This document shows, in pieces, positions 38,365 through 47,939 of a DNA stretch of 64,000 nt (the stretch's first letter is position 1; every line of letters starts with the position of its first letter). The notes under the pieces were generated by a model, which saw only the letters and a program-made list of their open reading frames with translations, had not been told where the DNA came from and made no database searches. Source of the stretch: Myxococcota bacterium (GTDB taxonomy: Bacteria > Myxococcota > JAJVIH01); contig JAJVIH010000054.1 of NCBI GenBank assembly GCA_022072125.1, positions 20,368 through 84,367 of the forward strand. Direction: 5' to 3'. A program made the translations under genes and the position numbers.

Positions 38365-38805
38365 TCAGAACGAACCACCCTCCCGCAGGTTGATTCCATA
38401 CTCCACGTACCCCTTCAGGCAGCACAACATATGCGTCCAGCCGCTGCAGTTGCCATAAGAGGATTCCAGGCCCTGGGGATTGTCCCGCCAACCGGATTCG
38501 GTGATCTGGACCATGGTATTTTGGGCGTCAATCGCCTTGAAGAGCATTTCCGTCCGGGTCAGGTAACCACCTTCGGTGGCCTCCCATTCCAGAACAATCC
38601 GCTCGTTTTTCACTACCTCGATCACCTGCACGTCGTGCTCTCCGGGAAACTCAGGAAACGACCACTTGACGGTGACGCCCGTGACCAGCGGTCCGCTGGC
38701 GCTTCTGGTGAAGTAGCCGCTGAGTTTTTCCGGGTTGGCCACGGCGTCGAAGACTTCGGGAACTGGCTTGCGGATTTTCAACTGCACCTGGAATTTGAGG
38801 GGCAT
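38365..38805 (-). CDS. SRPBCC-family protein (AHSA1 / activator of Hsp90 ATPase-like)
   Basis: 146 aa; pattern typical of AHSA1-domain proteins that pair with ArsR regulators (KIRKPVPEVFDAVANPEKL..W). Confidence 0.75.
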   Translation of the reverse strand: MPLKFQVQLKIRKPVPEVFDAVANPEKLSGYFTRSASGPLVTGVTVKWSFPEFPGEHDVQVIEVVKNERIVLEWEATEGGYLTRTEMLFKAIDAQNTMVQITESGWRDNPQGLESSYGNCSGWTHMLCCLKGYVEYGINLREGGSF

Positions 38806-38843
38806 GGCTATTCCTTCCGGAAGTTTGGATATTCCTGATTGTT

Positions 38844-38863
38844 ATGTTATAAAAATATAACAT
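38844..38863. promoter_or_regulatory. perfect palindrome ATGTTATA-AAAA-TATAACAT, candidate ArsR operator
   Basis: 8-bp perfect inverted arms with 4-bp A spacer in the 56-bp AT-rich divergent intergenic region; overlaps the ArsR start codon (ATG 38862). Confidence 0.55.
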
Positions 38864-39191
38864 GTCAAGCGAGGCGGAAGCGGACCTGGTGTTCAAGGCT
38901 CTTGCGGACAACAGGCGGCGCGAAATCCTGGACCTCCTGAGGTCGCGGCCGCGCACCACGGGGGAGCTTTGCCGTCATTTCGGGGATTCGCTTGATCGCT
39001 GCACGGTCATGCAGCATATGGGCGTGCTGGAAAAGGCCGGGCTGATCATCGTGGTGCGGGAAGGCAGGAAACGCTGGAATTACCTTAACGCCGCGCCGAT
39101 CCGGGAGATTTACGACCGGTGGATATCTCCCTATGCGGAGGAAGCGGTCTTGCGCCTGTCCAGACTCAAGAAAGAACTCGAAAGGAAATGA
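38862..39191 (+). CDS. ArsR/SmtB-family transcriptional regulator
   Basis: 109 aa; winged-HTH signature LADNRRREILDLL..TTGELCRHFGDSLDRCTVMQHMGVLEKAGLI. Confidence 0.8.
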   Translation: MSSEAEADLVFKALADNRRREILDLLRSRPRTTGELCRHFGDSLDRCTVMQHMGVLEKAGLIIVVREGRKRWNYLNAAPIREIYDRWISPYAEEAVLRLSRLKKELERK

Positions 39192-39245
39192 GGCGCGTGG
39201 AAGTTTCCACGGAAGCAGCGGCGCCGGAGAGCGGGGGATATTCTC

Positions 39246-41867
39246 TCACCCATCCGCGCATGGGCGCACAATCCGCACCTCGCCGCGGACGCCGTCCAGG
39301 TACAATTCGTCGCCGGTGCGGATCACCCGCGTGGCGTTGTCCACGTTGACCACCGCCGGGATGCCGTATTCACGGGCGACAATGCACGAATGTGACAGCG
39401 GGCCGCCCAGTTCGGTCACCACGCCGGATGCGATCAGGAAAAGCGGCGTCCAACCCACGTCGGTGAAGGGCGTGACGAGGATTTCGCCGTGGCGCAGCAG
39501 GCTGGCGTCCTTCAAATCGCGGATGACCCGCGCGGTCCCGCGCGCCTGGCCGGGAGAGCCGCCCAGGCCGTGCAAGGTCTGCCCCCCTGGCGCCGCCCCG
39601 GTCCATGCGGATTCCTCCACCGGCGCACCGCCGAGGATGAAGCCGGCGGGGGGATCGTCCAGAAGCGACGCGGCGTGAAACTCCATGCGGCGCAGAGCGA
39701 TGCGGGTGCGCACATCCTCGCGCAGGTCTCCGGACAGAAAAGCCTCGATCTCCGGCAGCGTCAGGAAAAACACGGCGTCCGTACGGTCAATCAGCCCGGC
39801 GGCATGCATGCGCGCGCCTGCCTCCAGGAAAATTTTCCGGTACATGCCGATACTTTGCGACACATAGTCGCGCAGTTCCTCGCGCAGCCGCATGGATTGC
39901 CGGGTGAAGCCGAGCGCGGCCTCGAACACCGGACGGAGCGGAGCCGGAATTTCCGATCTCAACCGTTGCGTCGCGGCGCGGCGGGCGGCCCTGCGTCGCT
40001 CCTCGATTTCCACCGGGTTGGCGATTTTGGGCTGTTCCACATGCCGCTGCAGGATGGAGAAAATCACCGCTTCGTTTTCAATCCACCGCGGGGTGGATAG
40101 TTCGGCTTCGCGGGCGGCGCGGAAACCGAAGTCGTTCATGAAGGCGTCCATGCGGCGCAGGAATTTTCTTCCCGCCGGCGTGGTTTCCAACTTGCCGCGG
40201 ACATCGTCAGGATCGCTGGCGGCCAGCACCTCCGCGACCGCGGGCATCTGTTTGGCTAGAATCGCCAGTTCCAGCAGCACCAGGCCCGGCTTGGCGCTTT
40301 GCACGGAGGTGAGCCCGGAGATGACCGCGCTCTGCTCGTCGAGCAGCCCATCGGGAAACGCGCGCTTCAACCCCCAGGTCATGACAATGAAACTGGCGAG
40401 GGCGTTGGAAGCGCATTCCAGCATGATTTCGCCGTTCATATTGAAGACGCTGGTCAGATGCCGCGTGAGCCGCAGCAACTCCTCCGGCTTCATGGCGGAG
40501 AGGTCGAGGCTGAAAAAGCGGTCGCGCTCCGCACGAAAAGTACGCCCCCAGGTTTTGGCGCGGGCGGGATTCCACAATTGCGAAGCCGCCAGCCGGGGCA
40601 GGGTGAACGGCAACCGGAGCAGGAATTGCACGGGCGAGAGTTTTTCGTAGTTGCCGCGCAGTTCCTCCAGGCCGCGTCCGCCCCCGGCGCCCAGCAACAT
40701 TTCCGGGCTGAGAAAGGGCAACTGGGATGCGATGGTCATGAACTCGGTCAGATTCAGGTAGATGCGTCCCCGGAAACTGCCGACCAGCCCGAAATCCTCC
40801 GGGACATCCAGGCCAAGCGCGCCAAACGCCTTTTCAAATCCGCGCCGCGAAAAGGAATGGATGATGGACCAGGTTGCGGGCGTGGCCACGCCGGGCAGCG
40901 CCTCGCCGACGTTGACGTTCGACCACACCGTGCGGGGAAAACGCTTGTGGCCCGCGCCCGCGCTGATGGGGCGGGTTTGCAGCACCTGAAATCCGCCATC
41001 CTGGAGGGCCCATTCGATATCCTGAGGTTCCCCCCAGGCGCTTTCGATTTCGCGGCCCAGCCGCCACAATATGGCGATCTGCGCCGGAGTCAGCGATTCC
41101 GATCGCTGGAAGGCGGATTCCACCGGCTGCTTTTCCAGTCCGCCCTTCTCCGATGGACGGAGCAGCGTGGTTTTCGCGGCGATGGAAGAGCGCAGCACCA
41201 TGCCGCTTTCGCGGTCCACGTACCAGGTGTCCGCGGCGCCGCCGCCAACCACGGTTTCACCCAGCCCCCACGCGGCGTTAATGACCATTTCATCGCCGTG
41301 ACCGCTCACGGGATTGCGGGAGAACACCACACCGGCTGTTTTTGCATCCACCAGATGCTGGATGATCACCGCCATGGAATTGGGGTTCGTCACGCCGCCG
41401 CCGCGCAGGTTGTACAGCATGGCGTTGCGGGAATGGAGCGCCGCCCAGCATTCGCGGATGGCTGGCGATAGCGCCTCTTCGCTGGAGATATTGAGCAGGG
41501 TCAGTTGCATGCCCGCGTGGCTGCCCGCGCTGGCGTCCTCGCCGGTGGCGCTGGACCGCACGGCGCAACGTGGTCCGAAGCGGCTGGTCAAGTCGCGCCA
41601 TGCGGAGAGGATGGCGTGTTCAACGCGCGCAGGGATGGGAGCTTGCAAGATGGACTCGCGGAGCGCCTCGAAAGAGGAAAAATCCGGCTCGAAGCTGGCC
41701 AGGAAGAGTTCGTACGCTGCCGTGGAAATGCAGAATCCGGGGGGAACCGGCGCGCCAAACCGGGTGAGGCGCAGCAGGTTGGACGCCTTTCCGCCAAACC
41801 ATTCCGGGAAGGGCGGCTGGCAGGAATGCAGCGAAATGACCAGCGGGGTTTCGATGTAACGCTTCAT
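39246..41867 (-). CDS. PEP-utilising enzyme family protein (PEP synthase / rifampicin-phosphotransferase-like architecture)
   Basis: Start at ATG 41867 (MKRYIETPL); N-terminal ATP-grasp-like pyruvate phosphate dikinase domain (GGKASNL); C-terminal phospho-histidine mobile domain GGPLSHSCIVAREYGIPAVV. Confidence 0.8.
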   Translation of the reverse strand: MKRYIETPLVISLHSCQPPFPEWFGGKASNLLRLTRFGAPVPPGFCISTAAYELFLASFEPDFSSFEALRESILQAPIPARVEHAILSAWRDLTSRFGPRCAVRSSATGEDASAGSHAGMQLTLLNISSEEALSPAIRECWAALHSRNAMLYNLRGGGVTNPNSMAVIIQHLVDAKTAGVVFSRNPVSGHGDEMVINAAWGLGETVVGGGAADTWYVDRESGMVLRSSIAAKTTLLRPSEKGGLEKQPVESAFQRSESLTPAQIAILWRLGREIESAWGEPQDIEWALQDGGFQVLQTRPISAGAGHKRFPRTVWSNVNVGEALPGVATPATWSIIHSFSRRGFEKAFGALGLDVPEDFGLVGSFRGRIYLNLTEFMTIASQLPFLSPEMLLGAGGGRGLEELRGNYEKLSPVQFLLRLPFTLPRLAASQLWNPARAKTWGRTFRAERDRFFSLDLSAMKPEELLRLTRHLTSVFNMNGEIMLECASNALASFIVMTWGLKRAFPDGLLDEQSAVISGLTSVQSAKPGLVLLELAILAKQMPAVAEVLAASDPDDVRGKLETTPAGRKFLRRMDAFMNDFGFRAAREAELSTPRWIENEAVIFSILQRHVEQPKIANPVEIEERRRAARRAATQRLRSEIPAPLRPVFEAALGFTRQSMRLREELRDYVSQSIGMYRKIFLEAGARMHAAGLIDRTDAVFFLTLPEIEAFLSGDLREDVRTRIALRRMEFHAASLLDDPPAGFILGGAPVEESAWTGAAPGGQTLHGLGGSPGQARGTARVIRDLKDASLLRHGEILVTPFTDVGWTPLFLIASGVVTELGGPLSHSCIVAREYGIPAVVNVDNATRVIRTGDELYLDGVRGEVRIVRPCADG

Positions 41868-42424
41868 CCGGTGAACGCCGCGTCGTGAAAAATCTCCGCC
41901 TGGAAAATCTCCATGTGTGGCAGGCGTCCGCGCAGGTCCTCCAGCCGGAAACCGGCCTTGCGGCATGTGGCTTCAAGAAATTCATGCGGCGTCCAGTTGT
42001 ATTCCGCCGCCACCTGCGGCAGCAGCACGCCGCGCCATCCCATCCACTCGACCATCAGGCCGTCGCGTCCCACCGTGATCTCCCCGATGGAATGGATGGC
42101 TTGGCGCGGACTGAGCACGCTGATCTCGACGCCCAGGCCGCCAAATTCATCCGGAGACAGGGGATCGAAACGCGGGTCGCGGGTGGCGGCCGAGCGGGCC
42201 ATGTCCGCCACGGTCTCCAGCAGGGGACGGGAGTCATCAAAGGTTCCAATGCACCCCCGCAATTCGCCGCGGACATGCAGGGTTACAAAGGCGCCGTGCG
42301 GGGCCAGGGTTTCCGGGGGGGGATGGTCAGGTGGAGAAAACCGCTCTCCACGCGCGGCGGCGCAGGCCGCCTGCCGGGCGGTCTCCAGCAGGAACTGGCG
42401 GCTGGAATCAGAGAGCATGCTCAT
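41864..42424 (-). CDS. AMMECR1-domain protein
   Basis: Start at ATG 42424 (MSMLSD..); conserved AMMECR1 block [19 protein letters not shown]; stop overlaps the downstream start by 4 bp. Confidence 0.8.
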   Translation of the reverse strand: MSMLSDSSRQFLLETARQAACAAARGERFSPPDHPPPETLAPHGAFVTLHVRGELRGCIGTFDDSRPLLETVADMARSAATRDPRFDPLSPDEFGGLGVEISVLSPRQAIHSIGEITVGRDGLMVEWMGWRGVLLPQVAAEYNWTPHEFLEATCRKAGFRLEDLRGRLPHMEIFQAEIFHDAAFTG

Positions 42425-42846
42425 CTTTCCGCTGGCGGCCGCCGGCCGGTATCGCGCCAGACAAAATAGTCCGCAAGGATTTGCCCGTGGTCGAAACACA
42501 GGTTGGCCGGTAATTCCTCGCGTTTGAAAAAGCGAACGCCCATGGCGTCGTCGCCCGCGCGCGGCTCCCCCGCGGCCCATCCGGCGAAGACCACGGAGAC
42601 CGTGTGTTTCCGCTTGTCGCGGGCGGGATTGCTGTAGGCGAAGAACTGTTCGAGCAGTTCGGTCTCCAGGCCGGTTTCCTCGCGAATTTCCCGGCGGGCG
42701 GCTTCCGCCACATGTTCGCCGGGCTCCACGAACCCGCCGGGCAACGCCCAGCCCAACGGCTCGAATTTCCGTTCGATGAGCACGATTCCACGCGGGTGCT
42801 CGATGATGACATCCACAGTCAAAAAGGGGCCGGTCCGGGAATCCAT
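42421..42846 (-). CDS. NUDIX hydrolase
   Basis: Start at ATG 42846 (MDSRTG..); Nudix box [24 protein letters not shown]; stop overlaps the AMMECR1 start. Confidence 0.75.
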   Translation of the reverse strand: MDSRTGPFLTVDVIIEHPRGIVLIERKFEPLGWALPGGFVEPGEHVAEAARREIREETGLETELLEQFFAYSNPARDKRKHTVSVVFAGWAAGEPRAGDDAMGVRFFKREELPANLCFDHGQILADYFVWRDTGRRPPAER

Positions 42847-43065
42847 GGCGCGGGCGTACAATGGCGTTCGTGCGGGGTCAAGGGGGCGGCATGGGGGTCA
42901 TTCTTTCCAGTGCTGGCGCATGAAAGTGGAATGGCGGGAACCGGCCCATGGGAGGCGTAGAGGAGGATTGCGGGAGCCAGACCCTGCAGCCACCCCACCC
43001 CACGGGTGGCGGTTGAGCGCTGGAGAAGCATGGACTATACTCCCGCGCCGGTTTTGTGAGGTTTT

Positions 43066-44439
43066 GTGAACGTGCAGGTCAATTCTCCATCACCCGCCGT
43101 GCCGGGATCGCAGGATATCCGGCGCATCCATTTCATCTCGCTCGGGTGTCCCAAGAACCGCGTGGATACCGAGGTCATGGTTGGCAAGGCCCTGGGCGCC
43201 GGTTACCAGTTGGAAGACGATCCCGCCGAGAGCGATGTGATTGTGGTCAATACCTGTGGTTTTCTGCAGGCCTCCGCCGAGGAGTCCATTGACACCATCC
43301 TCGACATGGCCGCCTACAAGCAAAGCGGCAGGCTGAAGACCCTGGTCATGGCCGGTTGTCTGGTGCAGCGCCACGCCGACGAATTGGCCGCCGAACTCCC
43401 CGAGGTGGACCATTTCATCGGCACCGGAGAATTTCATCGCCTGACCGATTTGCTGGCGACCAGCGGCTCCCGCCTGGCGGTGGATACGCCCATCTACGTG
43501 CTCGACCACCGCACTCCGCGCACCATCACCACGGCGCACCACGCGGTCTACCTTAAGATCAGCGAAGGTTGCGACAACAAATGCGCCTTCTGTATCATCC
43601 CCACGCTGCGCGGCGCGCAACGCTCGCGGCCGGTCAACGACCTGGTGGCGGAAGCCAAGGCGCTGACGGCGGCCGGAGCAAAGGAGATCACGCTCATCGC
43701 CCAGGATCTGACCGCTTATGGTTATGATCAGGAACCGCGCACCGATCTGGCGGACCTGCTTGACGGGCTCAGCGGCGTCAACGGCCTGCGCTGGATTCGC
43801 CTGCTCTACGCCTACCCGCGCCGTTTCCCCGGACGCATGCTCGACCTGATGCGCGAGCGCGAGAATATCGTTCCCTATCTCGACATGCCTTTGCAGCACA
43901 TCAACGATGAGATGCTGCGCGCCATGCGCCGGGGCCGCGATTCGGCGTTCATCCGCCTCCTCCTCGACACCATCCGCGAAAAGGTTCCGGGAATCACCCT
44001 TCGCACCACCTTTATCGTGGGATTTCCCGGCGAGACAGACGCGCAGTTCGAGGAACTAGTCAAATTCGTCGAGGAATACCAGTTCGAGCGCATGGGCGTG
44101 TTTGGCTATTCGCAAGAGCCCGGGACTCCCGCCGGGGAAATGCCCGGCCAGCTTCCAGCGGAGGTCATTGAAGAGCGCCGCAAGCACCTGATGGGCGTGC
44201 AGCGGAAAATCTCCCGCCGCCAACAGCGCAAGATGCTGGGCCAGGTGATTGATGTGCTGGTGGAAGGCCCCAGCGATGAAACCGAACACTTGCTGGTGGG
44301 GCGGGACAAATCCCGGGCTCCCGAAATTGACGGGCTCGTTTACATCAATGACGGCGCTCCGGCCATTGGCGACATTGTCAAGGTCAAGATCACCGAGGCG
44401 GGCGATTACGATCTTGTCGGACATGTGGTTCCCGGGTGA
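43066..44439 (+). CDS. rimO: ribosomal protein S12 methylthiotransferase RimO
   Basis: MTTase N-terminal Cys (LGCPKN, NTCGF); radical SAM CxxxCxxC in ISEGCDNKCAFCIIP; C-terminal TRAM domain; GTG start at 43066 is approximate. Confidence 0.9.
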   Translation: MNVQVNSPSPAVPGSQDIRRIHFISLGCPKNRVDTEVMVGKALGAGYQLEDDPAESDVIVVNTCGFLQASAEESIDTILDMAAYKQSGRLKTLVMAGCLVQRHADELAAELPEVDHFIGTGEFHRLTDLLATSGSRLAVDTPIYVLDHRTPRTITTAHHAVYLKISEGCDNKCAFCIIPTLRGAQRSRPVNDLVAEAKALTAAGAKEITLIAQDLTAYGYDQEPRTDLADLLDGLSGVNGLRWIRLLYAYPRRFPGRMLDLMRERENIVPYLDMPLQHINDEMLRAMRRGRDSAFIRLLLDTIREKVPGITLRTTFIVGFPGETDAQFEELVKFVEEYQFERMGVFGYSQEPGTPAGEMPGQLPAEVIEERRKHLMGVQRKISRRQQRKMLGQVIDVLVEGPSDETEHLLVGRDKSRAPEIDGLVYINDGAPAIGDIVKVKITEAGDYDLVGHVVPG

Positions 44440-45554
44440 GCGCGGACAAAATTCCATTGCTGGATTTGCCCCGGGAGTTGGACCCCGACCGCGCCGCGAT
44501 TGACGCCGCCATCGCCCGGGTCATCCAGTCCGGGCGGTTTATCCTGGGCCCGGAAGTGGAAGCCTTCGAGACGGAATTCGCCGCGTTTTCCGGCGTTCCA
44601 TACTGCGCCGGATTCAGTTGCGGAACCGCCGCGCTCTACGCCCTGGCGTGGTGCGCGGGCGTGCGGCCGGGCCATGAGGTCATCACCACGCCCATGAGCT
44701 TCGTGGCGACGGCGGAAGCCATTCATTGGTGCGGCGCCAGAACCGTTTTCGCGGATATTGATCTGGAGACCCTCAACCTCAACCTCGATGCGGTGGAACA
44801 GGCCATTACCCCGCGGACCAAGGCGATTGTCCCGGTGCATCTGCACGGCAGAATGGTTGATATGCGGCGGCTCTCCGGCATGACGTCCGGGACTGGCGTG
44901 TTGTTGCTGGAGGACGCAGCCCAAGCCCACGGCGCCAGGGGTCCGGGCGATCAGGGCGGGCCGGGAACCCAGAGCGCCGGCGCCGTGTTTTCATTCTTTC
45001 CCGGGAAAAACCTGGGCGCCCTGGGCGACGCGGGCGCCGTGGTCACCAGCGATGAAGGTCTCGTGCGCGAACTCAGGCTTATTCGCAACCATGGGCGCAG
45101 CGGCAAGTTTGATCACAATGTCATGGGCTGGAATCTCCGCATGGACGCCCTGCAGGCGGCGGTGCTCCGGGTGCGGTTGCCCCGTTTGGCCGCGTGGAAC
45201 CAGCGCCGCCAGGAAATCGCCGCGCGCTACCGGACGTTGCTGGCGGGACATCCGGAAATCCGCCTGCCGCCAGAGGATCCTGGCATGGTCTGGCATCAGT
45301 TCGCGGTGCGGGTTCCCCGCCGCGACGTCGTGCTGGAGGCCATGGCCAGACGGGGCGTGGAATGCGGCGTGCATTATCCGGCGGCGATCCACCGGTTGGG
45401 CGCGTTTTCGTATCTGGGATATGGCGAAGACGCCTTCCCGGATGCGGAGGAAGCCGCGCGCACGGTGCTTTCGCTGCCCATGTTTCCCACGCTGACGGAT
45501 CAGGAAATTGGGCGCGTGTGCGAGGCGCTGACGGAGGTGGTGAGCCATGGATAA
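44436..45554 (+). CDS. DegT/DnrJ/EryC1/StrS-family sugar aminotransferase
   Basis: GTG start overlapping rimO stop (GTGA); PLP-Lys motif SFFPGKNLGALGDAG; typical IPLLDL start. Confidence 0.85.
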   Translation: MSADKIPLLDLPRELDPDRAAIDAAIARVIQSGRFILGPEVEAFETEFAAFSGVPYCAGFSCGTAALYALAWCAGVRPGHEVITTPMSFVATAEAIHWCGARTVFADIDLETLNLNLDAVEQAITPRTKAIVPVHLHGRMVDMRRLSGMTSGTGVLLLEDAAQAHGARGPGDQGGPGTQSAGAVFSFFPGKNLGALGDAGAVVTSDEGLVRELRLIRNHGRSGKFDHNVMGWNLRMDALQAAVLRVRLPRLAAWNQRRQEIAARYRTLLAGHPEIRLPPEDPGMVWHQFAVRVPRRDVVLEAMARRGVECGVHYPAAIHRLGAFSYLGYGEDAFPDAEEAARTVLSLPMFPTLTDQEIGRVCEALTEVVSHG

Positions 45555-46560
45555 TTGGCATGGTCAGGTGGTGCTGATCACCGGCGGAACCGGATTCATC
45601 GGCTCGCATCTGGCGCTGCGCCTGTCCGCTCTGGGCGCGCGCGTGCGCTGTCTGGACACCGGCCGCCGTTCCGCGCTGGATCAACTCACCGGCGGGGCGC
45701 GGCCGGCGAATATCGAGGTCATTCACGGCAGCGTGCTGGATCGCGAGTCGCTGGCGGTGTCGGCCATGGGCGTCCAGACGGTCTTTCATATGGCCGCGTA
45801 CGCGGGGGTCAGCACCTACTTCCGCGAACCGGTGGATACCATGCGCGTCACCCTGCTGGGCATGAACAACCTGATGGAAGTTCTCGCGGACTCCCGCTGG
45901 AAGCCCTCGCGCGTGGTTTTCCTCTCGACCAGCGAGGTGTACGGCGCCCATGCGCTCGATGCGGATGAGGAACAGCCCATGTGCATCGGCCCGGTCTCCA
46001 ACAGCCGTTGGGTGTATTCCGCCGCCAAGGCCGCCGCCGAACACCTGTTGCACGCCCATGGGCGGCAAAACGGCCTGCCGGTGGCGTCCCTGCGGCCATT
46101 CAATATCTATGGACCGGGCCAGCCGGGGGAGGGGGCGGTCGCCAATTTCCTGCGCGCCTGCCGTGAGGGCCGGGACCTGGAAATCACCGGCGATGGTTCG
46201 CCCCGCCGCGCCTGGTGTTATGTGGATGACATGATTCAGGCCTGTTTGCTGGCGGCGGCGGCGCCTGAAGCAGTGGGGAAGGCGTTCAACATCGGCAATC
46301 CGGATGCGTTGATCAGCACCCTCGATCTGGCGAGGCGCATCCAGGCGATTTCCGGCGGCGCAAGCGGCGTTCGCATGGTTCCGCATCCTGGGGGATCGGG
46401 CGGAGAAGTGCTCGATCGCAGCCCCAACATTGGACGCGCCCGCGCGGTGCTGGGTTACGCGCCCGCCGTGGGCCTGGATGAAGGGTTGTCCCTCGCATGG
46501 CGCTGGGAATCGCGGAAAACCGGTCTTACCACGCCGCAGTCAGGGGGTGTCGCGGATTGA
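45547..46560 (+). CDS. NAD-dependent epimerase/dehydratase (extended SDR)
   Basis: Rossmann motif ITGGTGFIGSHL; catalytic YxxxK in YSAAKAAAE; start overlaps upstream gene by 8 bp. Confidence 0.85.
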   Translation: MDNWHGQVVLITGGTGFIGSHLALRLSALGARVRCLDTGRRSALDQLTGGARPANIEVIHGSVLDRESLAVSAMGVQTVFHMAAYAGVSTYFREPVDTMRVTLLGMNNLMEVLADSRWKPSRVVFLSTSEVYGAHALDADEEQPMCIGPVSNSRWVYSAAKAAAEHLLHAHGRQNGLPVASLRPFNIYGPGQPGEGAVANFLRACREGRDLEITGDGSPRRAWCYVDDMIQACLLAAAAPEAVGKAFNIGNPDALISTLDLARRIQAISGGASGVRMVPHPGGSGGEVLDRSPNIGRARAVLGYAPAVGLDEGLSLAWRWESRKTGLTTPQSGGVAD

Positions 46561-46624
46561 CATTTGCGCCGTTCTGGGCGATTTCCCCGCCGCGTCTTCC
46601 GTCACCCCAAACTGAAGGTTCTGA

Positions 46625-47494
46625 ATGAGCAACAAAGCAGAAGTCGCCGTCTCGTACGACGTGGACAACGAGTTTTTCCGGCTCTGGCTCGACGAGAAGA
46701 TGGCCTACACCTGCGGCCTGTTTGAAGGCACGGACAGCTTGGAGCAGGCGCAACTCAACAAGCACGAGTTCCTCGCCAATTATGCGAAGGTGACTCCAGA
46801 GTCGGTGGTGCTGGATATCGGCTGCGGGTGGGGCGCCTGCCTGGATTATCTCGCCACGCGCCGGAACGTCCGCCAGGCCCATGGCATCACCCTCAGCGAG
46901 GCGCAGTTCAAGGAAATCCAGCGCCGCAATGTCCCCAATGTCACGGCGCAGTGCGTGTCCTATCTGGATTACAAGCCTACCCAGAAATTCGATGGGGTGA
47001 TCTCCATCTGCATGATGGAGCATATCGCCACCCCACAGGAAGTGCGCGCGGGTCAACACATCGAAAAGTACCGGGAATACTTCCGGCTGGCCCACTCGTG
47101 GACGCGCCCTGGGGCCCATTTCGCCCTGCAGACCATCCTGCGCAACCGCGTGCCCCGCGACCGCAACGACCTGCGCGACATTGGCTGGGTCACCTACGCC
47201 ATTTTCCCCGGCGGCCTGTCCCTGCGCCTGGAGGACATTTGCGAGGCGGTCAACCCGTACTGGGAAATCATGGAAGTGAAGACCCGCCGCGAACATTACC
47301 GCCGCACCACTTTTGAATGGCGCGAGCGGCTGCGCAAGAACGAAAAACTCATCCGGGAGCGCTGGGGGAATCAGGTGTACGAGGATTACGACCGTTACCT
47401 CTCGACCTGTGTGCGCGGCTTCGAGATGCAGTACCAGTCCCTGGCGCAATGGCAGTTGCGCCGCAACGATGATGTGGATTCTTCCCGTTCCTGA
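46625..47494 (+). CDS. cyclopropane-fatty-acyl-phospholipid synthase family methyltransferase (CFAS / mycolic-acid methyltransferase-like)
   Basis: Family-typical blocks YDVDNEFFRLWLD, LDIGCGWGA, HGITLSEAQ, ISICMMEHI. Confidence 0.85.
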   Translation: MSNKAEVAVSYDVDNEFFRLWLDEKMAYTCGLFEGTDSLEQAQLNKHEFLANYAKVTPESVVLDIGCGWGACLDYLATRRNVRQAHGITLSEAQFKEIQRRNVPNVTAQCVSYLDYKPTQKFDGVISICMMEHIATPQEVRAGQHIEKYREYFRLAHSWTRPGAHFALQTILRNRVPRDRNDLRDIGWVTYAIFPGGLSLRLEDICEAVNPYWEIMEVKTRREHYRRTTFEWRERLRKNEKLIRERWGNQVYEDYDRYLSTCVRGFEMQYQSLAQWQLRRNDDVDSSRS

Positions 47495-47514
47495 TTCCCA
47501 GCGAGGACACCAAC

Positions 47515-47754
47515 ATGAATCACAGCGAATACCTGCAGTTGTTCAAGACCGCCGTTTTCGAGGCTTCCGGCAAGAGCTTCGATTCCGTCTCTCCCGAGAC
47601 CGTGATCGCTGACCTGGGCCTGGACAGCGTGGCGGTGATGGAAGTGGTCGCGGCTCTCGAAGAGAAGCTGAACATCACCATCCCCGATGATCGTCTGGCG
47701 CATATCAACACCATCGGCGATCTGTTCCGCACCCTGGATATGCTGAAGAAATAA
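47515..47754 (+). CDS. acyl carrier protein (stand-alone)
   Basis: 79 aa; phosphopantetheine attachment motif DLGLDSV; GAGGA-like RBS before ATG. Confidence 0.8.
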   Translation: MNHSEYLQLFKTAVFEASGKSFDSVSPETVIADLGLDSVAVMEVVAALEEKLNITIPDDRLAHINTIGDLFRTLDMLKK

Positions 47755-47778
47755 GCCATCCGGCTGCGAAGTCCATGC

Positions 47779-47807
47779 AAAACCGCCCGGATTATCCGGG
47801 CGGTTTT
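47779..47807. terminator. bidirectional rho-independent terminator
   Basis: AAAA-CCGCCCGG-ATTAT-CCGGGCGG-TTTT: 8-bp GC stem, 5-nt loop, A-tract and T-tract on either side; sits between convergent ACP and desaturase genes. Confidence 0.75.
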
Positions 47808-47939
47808 GTCTTCCTGGAGATATCCCCACCGCCTGGCGGCGCCAGGCCATTCTGTCTGTTAGTAACCCTGTTAAGCGCCCGCCCGCGCCATGTTCGTGAG
47901 CAAAAGGGGCGGGAAACGGGTTGTAATGGCGCGGATCGC

